Assembly (NCBI GenBank): GCA_964019335.1
Contig: OZ025659.1
Coordinates: 124,001-188,000 of the forward strand
Origin: Diplonema japonicum
Taxonomy: Eukaryota; Protista; Euglenozoa: Diplonemea
Length of the DNA: 64,000 nt
Direction: 5' to 3'
Shown here: one piece after another, positions 12,907 through 23,326 of the stretch
How the letters are laid out: the number at the start of each line of letters is the position of its first letter
Numbering within the stretch: position 1 is the first letter of the stretch
Notes under the pieces: model-generated
Seen by the model: the letters and a program-made list of their open reading frames with translations, nothing else
What the model was told of the DNA's origin: nothing
The model's database searches: none
Position numbers and translations under genes: made by a program

Positions 12907-13411
12907 GTGGGGGAGAAATGGGGGTGAATGGTGTGTATTAAAGAAGCCCTGTTAATAGAAAACCGTATTTCGTAAGGAAGATTTAGCGAGTGTCTGGGAG
13001 GATGACTGGCGTACGGCCTGTGGAAAGAAGGGAGAGAAAAACATGTAAAGTGTTACCCCCTGCAACCTCCCAAAATGCTTTACGATAAGTTTATTGCGAA
13101 ATATCCTCTTGATAACAAGTCACTCGTCGAAACAAGCTTGTTTCATACCCCTATTTCCTCTTCTCCCGTCCCAGCTACGTTGTCCATTGGCTGCTTTCTG
13201 CAAAGTGTGCTGCACAGCTCTGCGACAGTTGCCGCGAATTAAGAAAATTCGACTCGTGGATCATGGGGACCGACACAGATTCGGCCGTCATCACCAAGTA
13301 CAAACGGGTGGAGATGACGGTCACTTAGCGAATACGGAACGTTTAAAAATAAAACAAAAACAAAAAAAAAACTCCTTTTTTTAAAAAAAAAGTTTGTTTT
13401 TTTTTTTCGCC

Positions 13412-14014
13412 TTACCCAAACCTTGGAGGAGTAGGTGCCCTTGTCGTGACCTTTTCAGGTGGCGGGGGCACTCTTTTCACCTCAGGGATGGGGGCAACGG
13501 GTTCTATGGCGGCAGGAGGTGTTTTTTGCTGCACCGTTTCTTCGGAAGAAGAAGGTGGGTGTTTGTCCGTGGGCTGAAGGGGCGGCTTGGGAGCGTCAAC
13601 TACGGGTTCCGCTTCCTGTTCAGTCTTGGCAGCGCCCTCCTTGGGCTTGGTGTAGACGACAAGTCTCAGCATAGCTATGTCGCCGCGTTTCTTAGCTGTC
13701 ATCACAGGTGTCTCCCCGTATAGAAGGGACTCGGTGTCGGGGGAGGCACCGTGGTCCAGCAGCATGCTCGCCACATCTACTTCAGTATTGCGTACCGCCC
13801 AGTGCAAGGGTGTCATCCCAAAGGTGTCTCTGAAGTGCACGTCTGCACCATTCATGATGAGCAACTGAGCCACCTCTGACCTCCCATTAGCGGCGGCTAC
13901 CAGCAGTGCTGTCTGTCCTTCGTGTAGCAAGTCCGGATCTACACCATTACACAGGAGCTCCCTTACCCTCTCTAGGTTGCCTGAGGTCGCCGCTTCCCAT
14001 AGTTTCTCACCCAT
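13412..14014 (-). CDS. Ankyrin-repeat protein with Pro-rich tail
   Basis: GQTALLVAAANG, GMTPLHWAV and GETPVMTA ankyrin repeats. Confidence 0.85.
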   Translation of the reverse strand: MGEKLWEAATSGNLERVRELLCNGVDPDLLHEGQTALLVAAANGRSEVAQLLIMNGADVHFRDTFGMTPLHWAVRNTEVDVASMLLDHGASPDTESLLYGETPVMTAKKRGDIAMLRLVVYTKPKEGAAKTEQEAEPVVDAPKPPLQPTDKHPPSSSEETVQQKTPPAAIEPVAPIPEVKRVPPPPEKVTTRAPTPPRFG

Positions 14015-15633
14015 TTCTTTTTTTTTTTTTTTTTTTTTTTGTTGTTGTTGTTGGGTGACTTTAAAAGAAAAAAAAAAAACATTTTATATTAATATGTTCC
14101 TTATTAAAAAAATAAAAACTTTTTTTTTTTGGGGAATGTATAATGTAATTAGCGAAAAAAACTAGTTTCCCTCTAAGGGAAGAGTAAGGGGAAATATTTG
14201 GTGCTTCTTTTCTTTTTCTTTTTTTTTTTTGTGTCGCCCTTAACCATCTAGAATTCTTTTCCTGCCTGTTTACGTCTGGAACAAAGTGGACTGGAAAACT
14301 TGCGGTGCGCTGGTTGGAGCGCACCAGTGAATGGTTGAAAGGCCACTTATTGGGAACAGCGCGTAGTTGTCAGCACAGTACTCGAGAATTTATATGACTT
14401 TGAATAGGAAAGGGGGAGGGGAGGAAAAAAGCAAAGTGTACATCTAATAGGATATATTTTTCTTTTCCTTTCTTTTATTTTTCGGTGAATTAAGAAAGAG
14501 TCAGGCTCGAGGAGGTGGAAAAAAAAAATGTTTCCCCTAAAAAGGGGACTTTTTTTTAATACCAAATTTGGGGGAGGAACCTCTTCACCCCCCCCCCCCC
14601 CCCCCCTTGTCTGGAAATCCATGATAGAAATTTCTGGCAGAGGGATTGTTCGTTCTTTTTTTTTCTTTTTTCTTTTTTTTTACCCCTCCTCTTCTTGAAA
14701 GGGGTGAATTAAAGAACCAAAGGTGAGATATTTAAAAGAGGAAGAAACAGTGTGTTTTATTTTGTTTTGTTTTGTTTGTTATTTATTATTATTATTATTA
14801 TTACCAATACTTCACACCCGGGGCACTATCTTTTTTTTTTTTTTCTTTGAAAAAAAAAAACAAGAGGAAATAGGGGAAGGGGGGAGGGGGTTGATATATA
14901 TAAATATATAGCCGAAAGTGAAGTGTAAAAGGCCGGACAGAAAACTGGATGGTCCCCGCCTAATTAAAAAAAAGAAGAAAAAAAACCGATCTTTTAACGT
15001 CAAGGTGACAAGTCGAACAACGCTCCATAAAGTACAAGTGGGGTGTTTGTAGTCAAACGACACATTGGAGTGGGTTCTAACCTGTGCGGCACCACCTCTC
15101 AGACATGGCGTGCCTGGTCCCCGTTTCCTCGCGGTTGGGTGGGGGGCATCTTTTTCTTTTGCCGAAGCCAAATGATCCATGTTACCCCTGTTTTGAAAGG
15201 TCTGTCTGTGCCTGGTGACAGTCGCTCGCCGCATGGTTTGCCTTATTCCTGTCTCTCCGCCGAGCACCGTCACCCTGACACAGACTTCCCTGAAATGACT
15301 CGCTTAAGGGGAGGTGTCGCTACCCACCTTGACCCGGCCAAAGGTCTTGCTGCCCCTTTTTAAAAAAAACTCGATAAAATCTCAGTGTGCATGGGGGTGC
15401 TCTGTTCAGGAAGAAATTCACACTAATCGGTCACCGTTCTGCGGTTGCTGTCTGGTGCCTGCGGTGGCTGTTTGTCGCGATGAGATGGACGGCATCTGGG
15501 CGAGAAACATTATATGGAGTCGTGCTAGGTAGGGGGGGCGGTTTGGCTCGAGGAGAAGAGTGGTCTCCTGTCGTAGCCACGTGCCTGAAAAAAAAAAAAA
15601 AAAAAAAAGAGAGAAAGGTATTGTCAACCCTTC

Positions 15634-17280
15634 TCAGGACAATGTTCGGGGCGAAGTACCCCCCCTGCTGCCTCTGCTCACTGCCGAACCAGCTGAAACC
15701 CGTCTCGGCGGGGGCGTAACCGAAGACACCAACGAAGGCCGCTTCTTCGCCAGAATCGAGGGGAAGGGTTGCGTGAAATCAGAAAAACCATCACTGCCCC
15801 TCCGAGGAGTCTGAGGTGTACAAGGAGTACGCGGGGTATAAGGCAACGGCGAACACGAAGCATTAGAATTCTGCGACGGCCTTTTTTTACTCAAAATAGG
15901 CGGCACAGGAGGCCGAGGCGAAGACGCTCTTCTAACCTGCGACGAAGGCACCGGCAACACCGGACAGGAAATATCAGAGAAACAATCGCTCGACCGCCTG
16001 TGGGAGGTCAGAGGCGATAATATACTCTCATTGTCCCCCATTTCGATCAGCGCTGAAGAAGCTTCATCTACAAAAGTCTGTGCGAATGTTCTATCCAACC
16101 CCCACATTTTTTCAAGCTTCGTTCTCCTGCTGTTCTTGATAACGATGAGCTCCCCCACGGCATCCAAGACACTCTTCACAAGAATAACCACCAATCCTAT
16201 TATTAACAAAATCGATCCTGTTTGGAACCACCCGTCAGAGTCGGAATAGAACCCCACTGCAAACATTACCAATGCGGTGCCTTGCAAGGCGTACCTTGCT
16301 ATGAAGGCTACCCAGTCGCGTTTTTTTGAAAACAGAGACGGTTGGGAACAAACTAGAAGCATTACAGCGTAGCTTGCAATCCCTGCTGCGAAGCGAAAAT
16401 GCCCGCAAACCGGTCTCGAGTCGCTTTGCGACCCGAACAGCACCGACAGCGCTGTCATAGGAACGTACTCTATTGCGGTCCCGCAGGGGTACCCTTCCCC
16501 GAAGGGTTTCAACATGGACTGGTGCTTCTTCGAGAACAGTTCCGGGCCAGACACCCATTCCCCTCTACCCGTGAGCCAATGGTATTTCGCCGGTACTGGG
16601 TCCTCCGATCCGGGCTCGAAATATGCGCATTTTCCCCGGGTTTTTCCAATGTACAAAACCCAGAGTTCGTACAAAGGAAGTACTGTGTTAAGGAGAATGA
16701 AGGCTGCACCGAGGGTTTTTTCACCGTTAGTGGTGCCATGCCATATTAACTGAATTGCGGAGAACGAGTTTCCCTGGTACAGAATGAGAAACAACAACAT
16801 CGTGACTGACGGGCAACGGGACTTGCCTATCAAGGTGGTCAGCTCGTCGTTGGGGTTCGTTTTCTTCAGGAAGATGATGAAGAAGAAGGTTAAAACGAGG
16901 CTTGTTAACAGGAGAGAGTAGTTTCCTAGGAGGGCGGCGGTGTAGGGATTGCCGTTGACGGTTTTGAAGCCAAATATTTGCGTTGGGTGGAATAGTAGAG
17001 AGAGCTCTGTTTCCCCCCCACAAGTGGATTTCGCAATTAAAGCCAGTTGAGCAGCAGCCCCTGCATTTGTACCGCCTAGTACCGCTGTGACCTCCCCGCC
17101 CCTTTCTAGTGCGGTCCGTTCCCCTTCGCTCACCTTAGGTATCACCTCCGGGACCATCGTTTGTGGTGCAATGGTGTTTGGAGCCGTCGTTGGCTCCATG
17201 GTAGGCTCTGCTGTTACTATCTTCACGTACCGTGGGGCGTTCGTGGCCAACACCACAGAGCTCACAAGCACCCATATCAT
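15634..17280 (-). CDS. Multi-pass membrane protein with signal peptide, T/P-rich stalk, HPTQ-type membrane domain and S/P-rich tail
   Basis: ATG at 17280 after an A tract; several hydrophobic helices. C...LSLLFHPTQ...LLGN resembles the expanded euglenozoan membrane-anchor family (DGF-1 C-terminus-like), recalled rather than searched. Confidence 0.7.
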   Translation of the reverse strand: MIWVLVSSVVLATNAPRYVKIVTAEPTMEPTTAPNTIAPQTMVPEVIPKVSEGERTALERGGEVTAVLGGTNAGAAAQLALIAKSTCGGETELSLLFHPTQIFGFKTVNGNPYTAALLGNYSLLLTSLVLTFFFIIFLKKTNPNDELTTLIGKSRCPSVTMLLFLILYQGNSFSAIQLIWHGTTNGEKTLGAAFILLNTVLPLYELWVLYIGKTRGKCAYFEPGSEDPVPAKYHWLTGRGEWVSGPELFSKKHQSMLKPFGEGYPCGTAIEYVPMTALSVLFGSQSDSRPVCGHFRFAAGIASYAVMLLVCSQPSLFSKKRDWVAFIARYALQGTALVMFAVGFYSDSDGWFQTGSILLIIGLVVILVKSVLDAVGELIVIKNSRRTKLEKMWGLDRTFAQTFVDEASSALIEMGDNESILSPLTSHRRSSDCFSDISCPVLPVPSSQVRRASSPRPPVPPILSKKRPSQNSNASCSPLPYTPRTPCTPQTPRRGSDGFSDFTQPFPSILAKKRPSLVSSVTPPPRRVSAGSAVSRGSRGGTSPRTLS

Positions 17281-17408
17281 TTTTTTTAAATTTATTTCCT
17301 CCCCTCTCCCTCCACCTTTTCTTTTTTGCCACCGAAGAAGAAAGAGGGGGGGGAAAAAACGTTTCATTTTTTTTTTTTTTTTTTTTGCACTCCAATATAT
17401 AAATAAAC

Positions 17409-17647
17409 CACGGTTTCCCAAATATATTTCAATTCAAAGGGATTAAAATGGCCCGAAAACGAGACAAACCGCAAACGCGGGAGAAAAGAGAAAAAACTCA
17501 AAGTGCAGGACGAACCCCCTCATGGAGGGCCGCCCTTGAAAAAAAAAAATATTGCCCGTTCGGCATTGAAAATCCTTTTACGGAGGGGGGGGGGGGTTCT
17601 TTCAAGGTTGAGTGGCCCTAATATTGAAATATATTTGAGAAATCGTG
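17409..17647. mobile_element. 239-bp MITE with 25-bp TIRs (CACG...CGTG) and 6-bp target duplication ATAAAC
   Basis: Left end CACGGTTTCCCAAATATATTTCAAT vs reverse complement of right end CACGATTTCTCAAATATATTTCAAT (23/25). ATAAAC at 17403-17408 and 17648-17653. Confidence 0.75.
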
Positions 17648-17782
17648 ATAAACATAAAAAAAATACACTTTCTTTTCATTTTTTTTTGTTTCATTTTTTT
17701 TTCTTTTTAAAACCAAGGAGGGGTTAGGACACCGGAAAAAAAAAGGGGCTAGCAACAAAATAAAGCGGGGGGGGTAATATAA

Positions 17783-20700
17783 TTAGTACTCAGGGGCCCC
17801 GTTCTGGAATCGTGAGAGGACATTGTTTTGTATGTCAAACGAATCACCGGTGTCCTGGGGGGCTGTGGCTCTGTTTCTGAGAGTGGCCGTGTTGCTACCT
17901 GTGCTTGGCCATTTGGTAATTCTCGGTGTAGGGGTGTTAGGCGACCCAGCTTGCCAAGACGTAAACGAAGACTGGGACACAGGAGGAGGTACCTTCTTCC
18001 CTGCACCCCTGCAACAACAGCAGCAGCACATTGCGACAAATACAAAAAACACACCCATTGCTGATGCGCATACCATTACCCCTATTTCCTCAATCTTCAT
18101 CAGCACCACCCCCTTCACCTCATCAACCCATCCTGGCATGTTCATGTCCTCAGCCTCTACCTTTGGAATCTCCGCCTTTTCATACGTCTGCTGTGGTACT
18201 TCCTTGTTTTGTTGTTGTTCTTGTTCTTGATGTTTAGGTTTCGGTTGTATTTCCTGACGCCCTTGCGCTTCCTGCTTCGGGAGTTGTTTAACATTAGGCA
18301 CCTCTGCCCTATTTTGTTGCTTCGCAACGCTCCCTTGTTCATCCGTCTCACGGGGTTGTTCCTGTTCTTGGTGTCTAGTCTTTGGAACACTTTCTTGCTT
18401 TGTTCCCTCGTGTGCTGGTTGTGCAGGCACTTCCTCTTCTTGTTGAGCATGTGCCATTTTCTCTTTTTCCTGCAGCTTTGCCTGCATGCGCTCCATCTCC
18501 TCACGCATCTGTTGTATTTCGCTCTGCAGCTTTGCTTCTTCAGAATCCGCTCTCGGCACGGCGCAGAGAGAAAAGGCACAGTTGTTGGCAGGATCCCTTG
18601 AGACAGCTCTCCCATCAGGGCAGACAAAGACATCAGTGGTGCACAGCACTTGCCCTTGTTCTTGAACAGGGCAGGGGACAAAGGCACAATTGTTAGCAGG
18701 ATCCCTTGGAACAGAGCTCCCATCAGGGCAGGTGAAGACATCGGTGGTGCACACTGGCTCCTCCTTCAAAGGGCAGGGGACAAAGGCACAGTTGTTTCGT
18801 GGATCCCTGGGGACAGTGTTTCCATCAGGGCAGGTGAAGACATCGGTGGTGCACATCACTGGTTCCTCTACTACTTCATTTTCCTCTAGCCGCTCTTCTG
18901 CAGGGCAGTGAGCAAAGGCACAGTTGTTGCCCGGGTCACGCAACACGGTGCTCCCATCAGGGCAGGTGAAGATATCGGTGGTGCACACAGGGCAGGGTGC
19001 AAAGGCACAGTTGTTGGCAGGATCCCTTGAAACAGAGCTCCCATCAGGGCAGGTGAAGACATCGGTGGTGCACAGAATTAGCTCTTCCTTCAAAGGGCAC
19101 GGGGCAAAGGCACAGTTGTGGATCGGGTCCCTAAAGACAGTGTGCCCATCAGGGCAGGTGAAGAAATCTGTGGCGCATTGTTGTTCTTGTACCTCCTGCT
19201 GCTGCTGCTGCTGCTGCTGGACGGGACAGGGTACAAAATCACAGTTTTTGGCAGGGTCTCGTGCAACAGCACTCCTATCAGGGCAGATGAAGACATCGGT
19301 GGTGCACAGCACTTGTTCAACACCTTCTTTGGCGGGACAAGGTTTGAATTCGCAGTTGTTGGTAAAATCCCTTGGAACAGTTACCCCATCAGGGCAGGTC
19401 AAGACATCGGTCGAGCACATCACGGGGACGGGGTGATGCTCCACTAGATCCGGTTGCACCGCCTCTTCCTCAACAGGGCAAGACTTGAACTCGCAGTTGT
19501 TGGCAGGGTCCCTTGGAACAGCACTTCCATCAGGGCAGGTGAAGACATCAGTGGTGCACATGACCGGTTCCGGTACCGGTTCTGCTTCCTCCTGTGGAGG
19601 GCAGGGCTTGAAGTTGCAATCGTTGCTCGGGTCCCTTGGAACAGCGCTCCCATCAGGGCAAGTGAAGACATCGGTGGTGCACAGCACTTGATCCGCAACT
19701 GCGGCTTCTTCTTCTTCCACTTCTTTTTCTTGCTCCTCCACAATAGGACAGGGCTTGAACTCGCAGTTGTTGCTTGGGTCCCTGGAAACAACACTTTTTC
19801 CATCGGGACAGGTGAAGACATCAGTGGTGCACAGCTTCTCTTCTTCTTGAGCATCCTGCTGTACAGGGCAGGGCTTGAACTCGCAGTTGTTAGAGGGGTC
19901 CCTTGGAACAGAGCTCCCATCAGGGCAGGTGAAGACATCAGTGGTGCACAGCACTTGTTCGGGTTCTGCCACTTTTTTGTGCTCCGCCTCGACAAGGCAG
20001 GGCCTGAACTCGCAGTTGTTAGAGGGATCCCTTGGAACGGTGCGCCCATCAGGGCAGGTGAAGACATCGGTGGTGCACAGCACGGGGTCTTCCTCTTGAG
20101 GACAAGGTTTAAACTCGCAGTTGTTGGCAGGATCCCTGGGGACAACAGTACGCCCATCAGGGCAGGTGAAGACATCGGCAGTGCACAGCTTCTCTTCATC
20201 TTTCGCATTCTGCTGCTGTACAGGGCAGGGTGCAAACTCGCAGTTGTTGGCAGGATCCCTTGGAACACTACGCCCATCAGGGCAGGTGAAGACATCGGTG
20301 GTGCACAGCACCGGTTCCGGTACCGGTTCTGCTTCCTCCTGTGGAGGGCAGGGCCTGAACTCGCAGTTGTTAGAGGGGTCCCTTGGAACAGAGCTCCCAT
20401 CAGGGCAGGTGAAGACATCGGTGGTGCACACTGGCTCCTCCTTCAAAGGGCAGGGAACAAAGGCACAGTTGTTTCGTGGATCCCTGGGGACAGTGTTTCC
20501 ATCAGGGCAGGTGAAGACATCGGTGGTGCACAGCACTTGTTCGGGTTCTGCCACTTCTTTATGCTCCGCCTCGACAAGGCAGGGCTTGAACTCACAATTG
20601 TTAGCTGGATCCCTTGGAACGGTGCGCCCATCAGGGCAGGTGAAGACATCGGTGGTGCACAGCACGGGGTCTTCCTTTTTAGGACAAGGTTTGAACTCGC

Positions 20701-21265
20701 AGTTGTTGGCAGGATCCCTGGGGACAACAGTACGCCCATCAGGGCAGGTGAAGACATCGGCAGTGCACAGCTTCTCTTCATCTTTCGCATTCTGCTGCTG
20801 TACAGGGCAGGGTGCAAACTCGCAGTTGTTGGCAGGATCCCTTGGAACACTACGCCCATCAGGGCAGGTGAAGACATCGGTGGTGCATAGGACCTGCGCG
20901 GGTTCAGGCTCTGGACAGGGGTGGTAGTTGCAGTTGTTTGTTGGGTCCCGCTTCACAGATGACCCACCGGGGCAAATGCGGGTGTCGGAAGGGCAGGGAA
21001 CGTTTAAGGAGTCCTTTACTGTGCCTTCTTGAACCACCATTCCTGTGGTGGCGCCTGCTGGGGCTTGGGGTTCTGCCAGTTTCCCCTCTTCCCGTAATTT
21101 TTTCACCAAAGCAATGTGGTTAGGATGCATACTCCCCCCGGTGGCCCCGTCATTCTCAGCTATAACCTTCTGCAGCTCCTTTGCAGACAGCGCCCCACAA
21201 CCTATCAGTTGCGAACTCATCATTAGTGTCATCAACACGACACGAAGATATTTAATTTTTGCCAT
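17783..21265 (-). CDS. Type I membrane surface protein with 21 four-cysteine repeats (CTTDVFTCPDGxxVPRDPxNNCxFxPCP)
   Basis: Signal peptide, 21 counted repeats, Q/E coiled coil, TM helix followed by CCCCCC, short cytoplasmic tail. Intronless 1160-aa ORF. Confidence 0.9.
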   Translation of the reverse strand: MAKIKYLRVVLMTLMMSSQLIGCGALSAKELQKVIAENDGATGGSMHPNHIALVKKLREEGKLAEPQAPAGATTGMVVQEGTVKDSLNVPCPSDTRICPGGSSVKRDPTNNCNYHPCPEPEPAQVLCTTDVFTCPDGRSVPRDPANNCEFAPCPVQQQNAKDEEKLCTADVFTCPDGRTVVPRDPANNCEFKPCPKKEDPVLCTTDVFTCPDGRTVPRDPANNCEFKPCLVEAEHKEVAEPEQVLCTTDVFTCPDGNTVPRDPRNNCAFVPCPLKEEPVCTTDVFTCPDGSSVPRDPSNNCEFRPCPPQEEAEPVPEPVLCTTDVFTCPDGRSVPRDPANNCEFAPCPVQQQNAKDEEKLCTADVFTCPDGRTVVPRDPANNCEFKPCPQEEDPVLCTTDVFTCPDGRTVPRDPSNNCEFRPCLVEAEHKKVAEPEQVLCTTDVFTCPDGSSVPRDPSNNCEFKPCPVQQDAQEEEKLCTTDVFTCPDGKSVVSRDPSNNCEFKPCPIVEEQEKEVEEEEAAVADQVLCTTDVFTCPDGSAVPRDPSNDCNFKPCPPQEEAEPVPEPVMCTTDVFTCPDGSAVPRDPANNCEFKSCPVEEEAVQPDLVEHHPVPVMCSTDVLTCPDGVTVPRDFTNNCEFKPCPAKEGVEQVLCTTDVFICPDRSAVARDPAKNCDFVPCPVQQQQQQQQEVQEQQCATDFFTCPDGHTVFRDPIHNCAFAPCPLKEELILCTTDVFTCPDGSSVSRDPANNCAFAPCPVCTTDIFTCPDGSTVLRDPGNNCAFAHCPAEERLEENEVVEEPVMCTTDVFTCPDGNTVPRDPRNNCAFVPCPLKEEPVCTTDVFTCPDGSSVPRDPANNCAFVPCPVQEQGQVLCTTDVFVCPDGRAVSRDPANNCAFSLCAVPRADSEEAKLQSEIQQMREEMERMQAKLQEKEKMAHAQQEEEVPAQPAHEGTKQESVPKTRHQEQEQPRETDEQGSVAKQQNRAEVPNVKQLPKQEAQGRQEIQPKPKHQEQEQQQNKEVPQQTYEKAEIPKVEAEDMNMPGWVDEVKGVVLMKIEEIGVMVCASAMGVFFVFVAMCCCCCCRGAGKKVPPPVSQSSFTSWQAGSPNTPTPRITKWPSTGSNTATLRNRATAPQDTGDSFDIQNNVLSRFQNGAPEY

Positions 21266-22441
21266 TTTTCTTTTTTGTTCCCCCTCCCCCCTCTCCCTCC
21301 CCGCCTCCTCTCTGTGTTTTTTTTATTGGGGGTATTTGAATGGGGATGATATGGAATGAAGGAAAAAGGAGGAAAAAAGAAGGAAAAAAAAAAAAAAAAA
21401 AAAAAGAATGCTCCGTTTTTATTTTGCTTTTTTCCGATCGCAAAAAAAAAAAGAAAATTTTGAAAAGGCTGCGACCGAATTTTGACTTTCTTTTGGTGTT
21501 CGTTTCATTCAAAAAAAAAAGGGAAATAAAAAAACGCCAGTCAAAAAACCAGGGGTAAAAAAATAAATAAAAGGGGGTAAATAATAACACATACATGAAA
21601 AGATTTTAAAAAAAATGAAGAAGAAATACCATAAATTGGAAAGGGCTATGAAAAACAGAGTATTTTCATGTTTTTCTTCCCCCCCCCCCCCAGGACAGTT
21701 ACATAAGAAACATCAACACCAGACACAGCGGTCAGTTTTTAGTTTTTATTTTTTTTTTTGTGCCAACATTCCTTTTTTATTTTTCGTCGGTATTTCTCCT
21801 CGTTTTTCTTCCTGGAATCAGGAATATCACAAAAGTAAAAGATAGAGTCCCCATTACCCAAGGGCATTGAGAAAATAAAAAAGAAATATTAAAGATGAGG
21901 AAGTAAATGTGAAATAAATGAGGATAAGAAGAAAAACGGTATCTGCAATTCATTCCCTTTTTTCTCCTGTCCCCCCCCCCCCCCCCCCGTCTTTTTTCTA
22001 TTGGTTTACTACTTGTTTTTCCTCTCTCTTTTTTTTTATACCGTTCTTGCTTATCAACAGCAATTTTCTTTTTAGAAAAAAAACCAACCACAAAACAGCA
22101 TGTAGTGAGGAACAGAAGGGCTCGAACTTTTAGAGAAACAAAAGAAGAAGAAGGGGGGGGGGGGGGGGACAGTAAGAAAAAAGGGGGTACACATGCAGAT
22201 ACCAAAAAAGGAGGAAGAGAAGAGGGGGGGGGGGGGGGAGATGATGAACAAATCAGTTGCAGCATTAAAAAAAAAAGAACAAAGAAAAAAAATCTCCATT
22301 TTTTTTTTTTTTTTTTTTTTTTTACCCTCACCCATACACACGCGAATAAGAGAGGGCGAAAAAAAAAAAAAAAACTATTTTTTCTTCAAAAAAAAAAACC
22401 CCCCCTACGAATGAGAAAAAAAAAAAAAAAGAGAAAAAAAA

Positions 22442-23326
22442 TCATTCAGTGAACTCTGGGAGGGGTGTGTCCCTCTTCTTCAACCCCGGCTTCGACACGT
22501 CGTGAGCCGTAATATCTTCCGCAGGGATTGCCTTGGCGATCTCCGGCACCTTTTTGTAGGTCTCCTTGAAGAACCCGGTGAATAGCGAAATCATGGTAAC
22601 GTGGTAGGCAACCTGAATCATGCAAATCTTGAGGGGGAAGTGCTCCTGGTCCCAAAGAAGTACGAAGACAGCGTGGAGCATGCAGCTGTAAAACTGTGAA
22701 ATCTGGAAGGTAGTGATGAATTTCTTGTAAGGGTTTTTGAGCCCGAGTGCGGTCCAGCCGAAGTGGAAGTACATGATGGTGTGCACCAAGGAGTTCACCC
22801 AGGCACCGTAGTACCCCGTACCACCCCCGTAACCAGTCTGGAGCAGCCATCCCCAAACCACACCGATGGAGGCGTGGTGGTAGATGTGAAGGAAACTGAA
22901 CTGTCTGTCCTTCTTGCGAAGCACGATGAAAATGGTATCGAACCAGTCCAGAGACTTTGACAGGAAATGGATGAACACCCAGAACTCAGCGTGCGCGGTG
23001 AAGTCTTGGCCAAGCGCAAAGACGTTGGGGATCGAGAAATACTGGGTTTTTTTTTTTTTTTTTTTTAAATTCCCCATACCCTGCCCAACTCGTAGGTCAT
23101 TGCAGCACTCACCACCACTTGTGTCCAGTTGTATACCATCATGGGCCCTTTCAACACCATCGGCTCTCTGTTTTTCTAGGGGAAGGGGGGATATATATAA
23201 TATTATATATATACAATTGCATACCATGAACGCCTTCAGTGCGAACACAACACCCAAGTACACGACAGGCATGGCCATAAGCACCTGATTGCTTACATAC
23301 GGGTCCAGCTCTGTGTGGAACCTCAT
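22442..23326 (-). CDS. Fatty-acid elongase (ELO/GNS1/SUR4 family); introns 23176-23224 and 23042-23079
   Basis: KSLDWFDT, FLHIYHH, NSLVHTIMY. Splicing restores KNREPMVLKGPMMVYN, the conserved ELO segment that the raw ORF reads in the wrong frame. Confidence 0.92.
   Translation of the reverse strand: MRFHTELDPYVSNQVLMAMPVVYLGVVFALKAFMVCNCIYIILYISPLPLEKQRADGVERAHDGIQLDTSGGECCNDLRVGQGMGNLKKKKKKTQYFSIPNVFALGQDFTAHAEFWVFIHFLSKSLDWFDTIFIVLRKKDRQFSFLHIYHHASIGVVWGWLLQTGYGGGTGYYGAWVNSLVHTIMYFHFGWTALGLKNPYKKFITTFQISQFYSCMLHAVFVLLWDQEHFPLKICMIQVAYHVTMISLFTGFFKETYKKVPEIAKAIPAEDITAHDVSKPGLKKRDTPLPEFTE

Noticed and set aside
15585-15640. TGA readthrough or a non-standard code: TGA followed by an intron-like GT..AG and a still-open frame, here and at 61275
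   Set aside because: TGA terminates the elongase, RWDD2, FAH, MCU and phosphatase ORFs, TAA and TAG are also used as stops, and conserved Trp residues use TGG. 3' UTR introns or chance explain the pattern.
18570-21000. CRISPR-like array of conserved repeats with variable spacers
   Set aside because: The repeats are in-frame Cys modules of one protein, the linkers are themselves duplicated, and the context is eukaryotic with no cas genes.
23191-23212. 22-nt palindrome in an elongase intron
   Set aside because: Trivial consequence of an (AT)n microsatellite.
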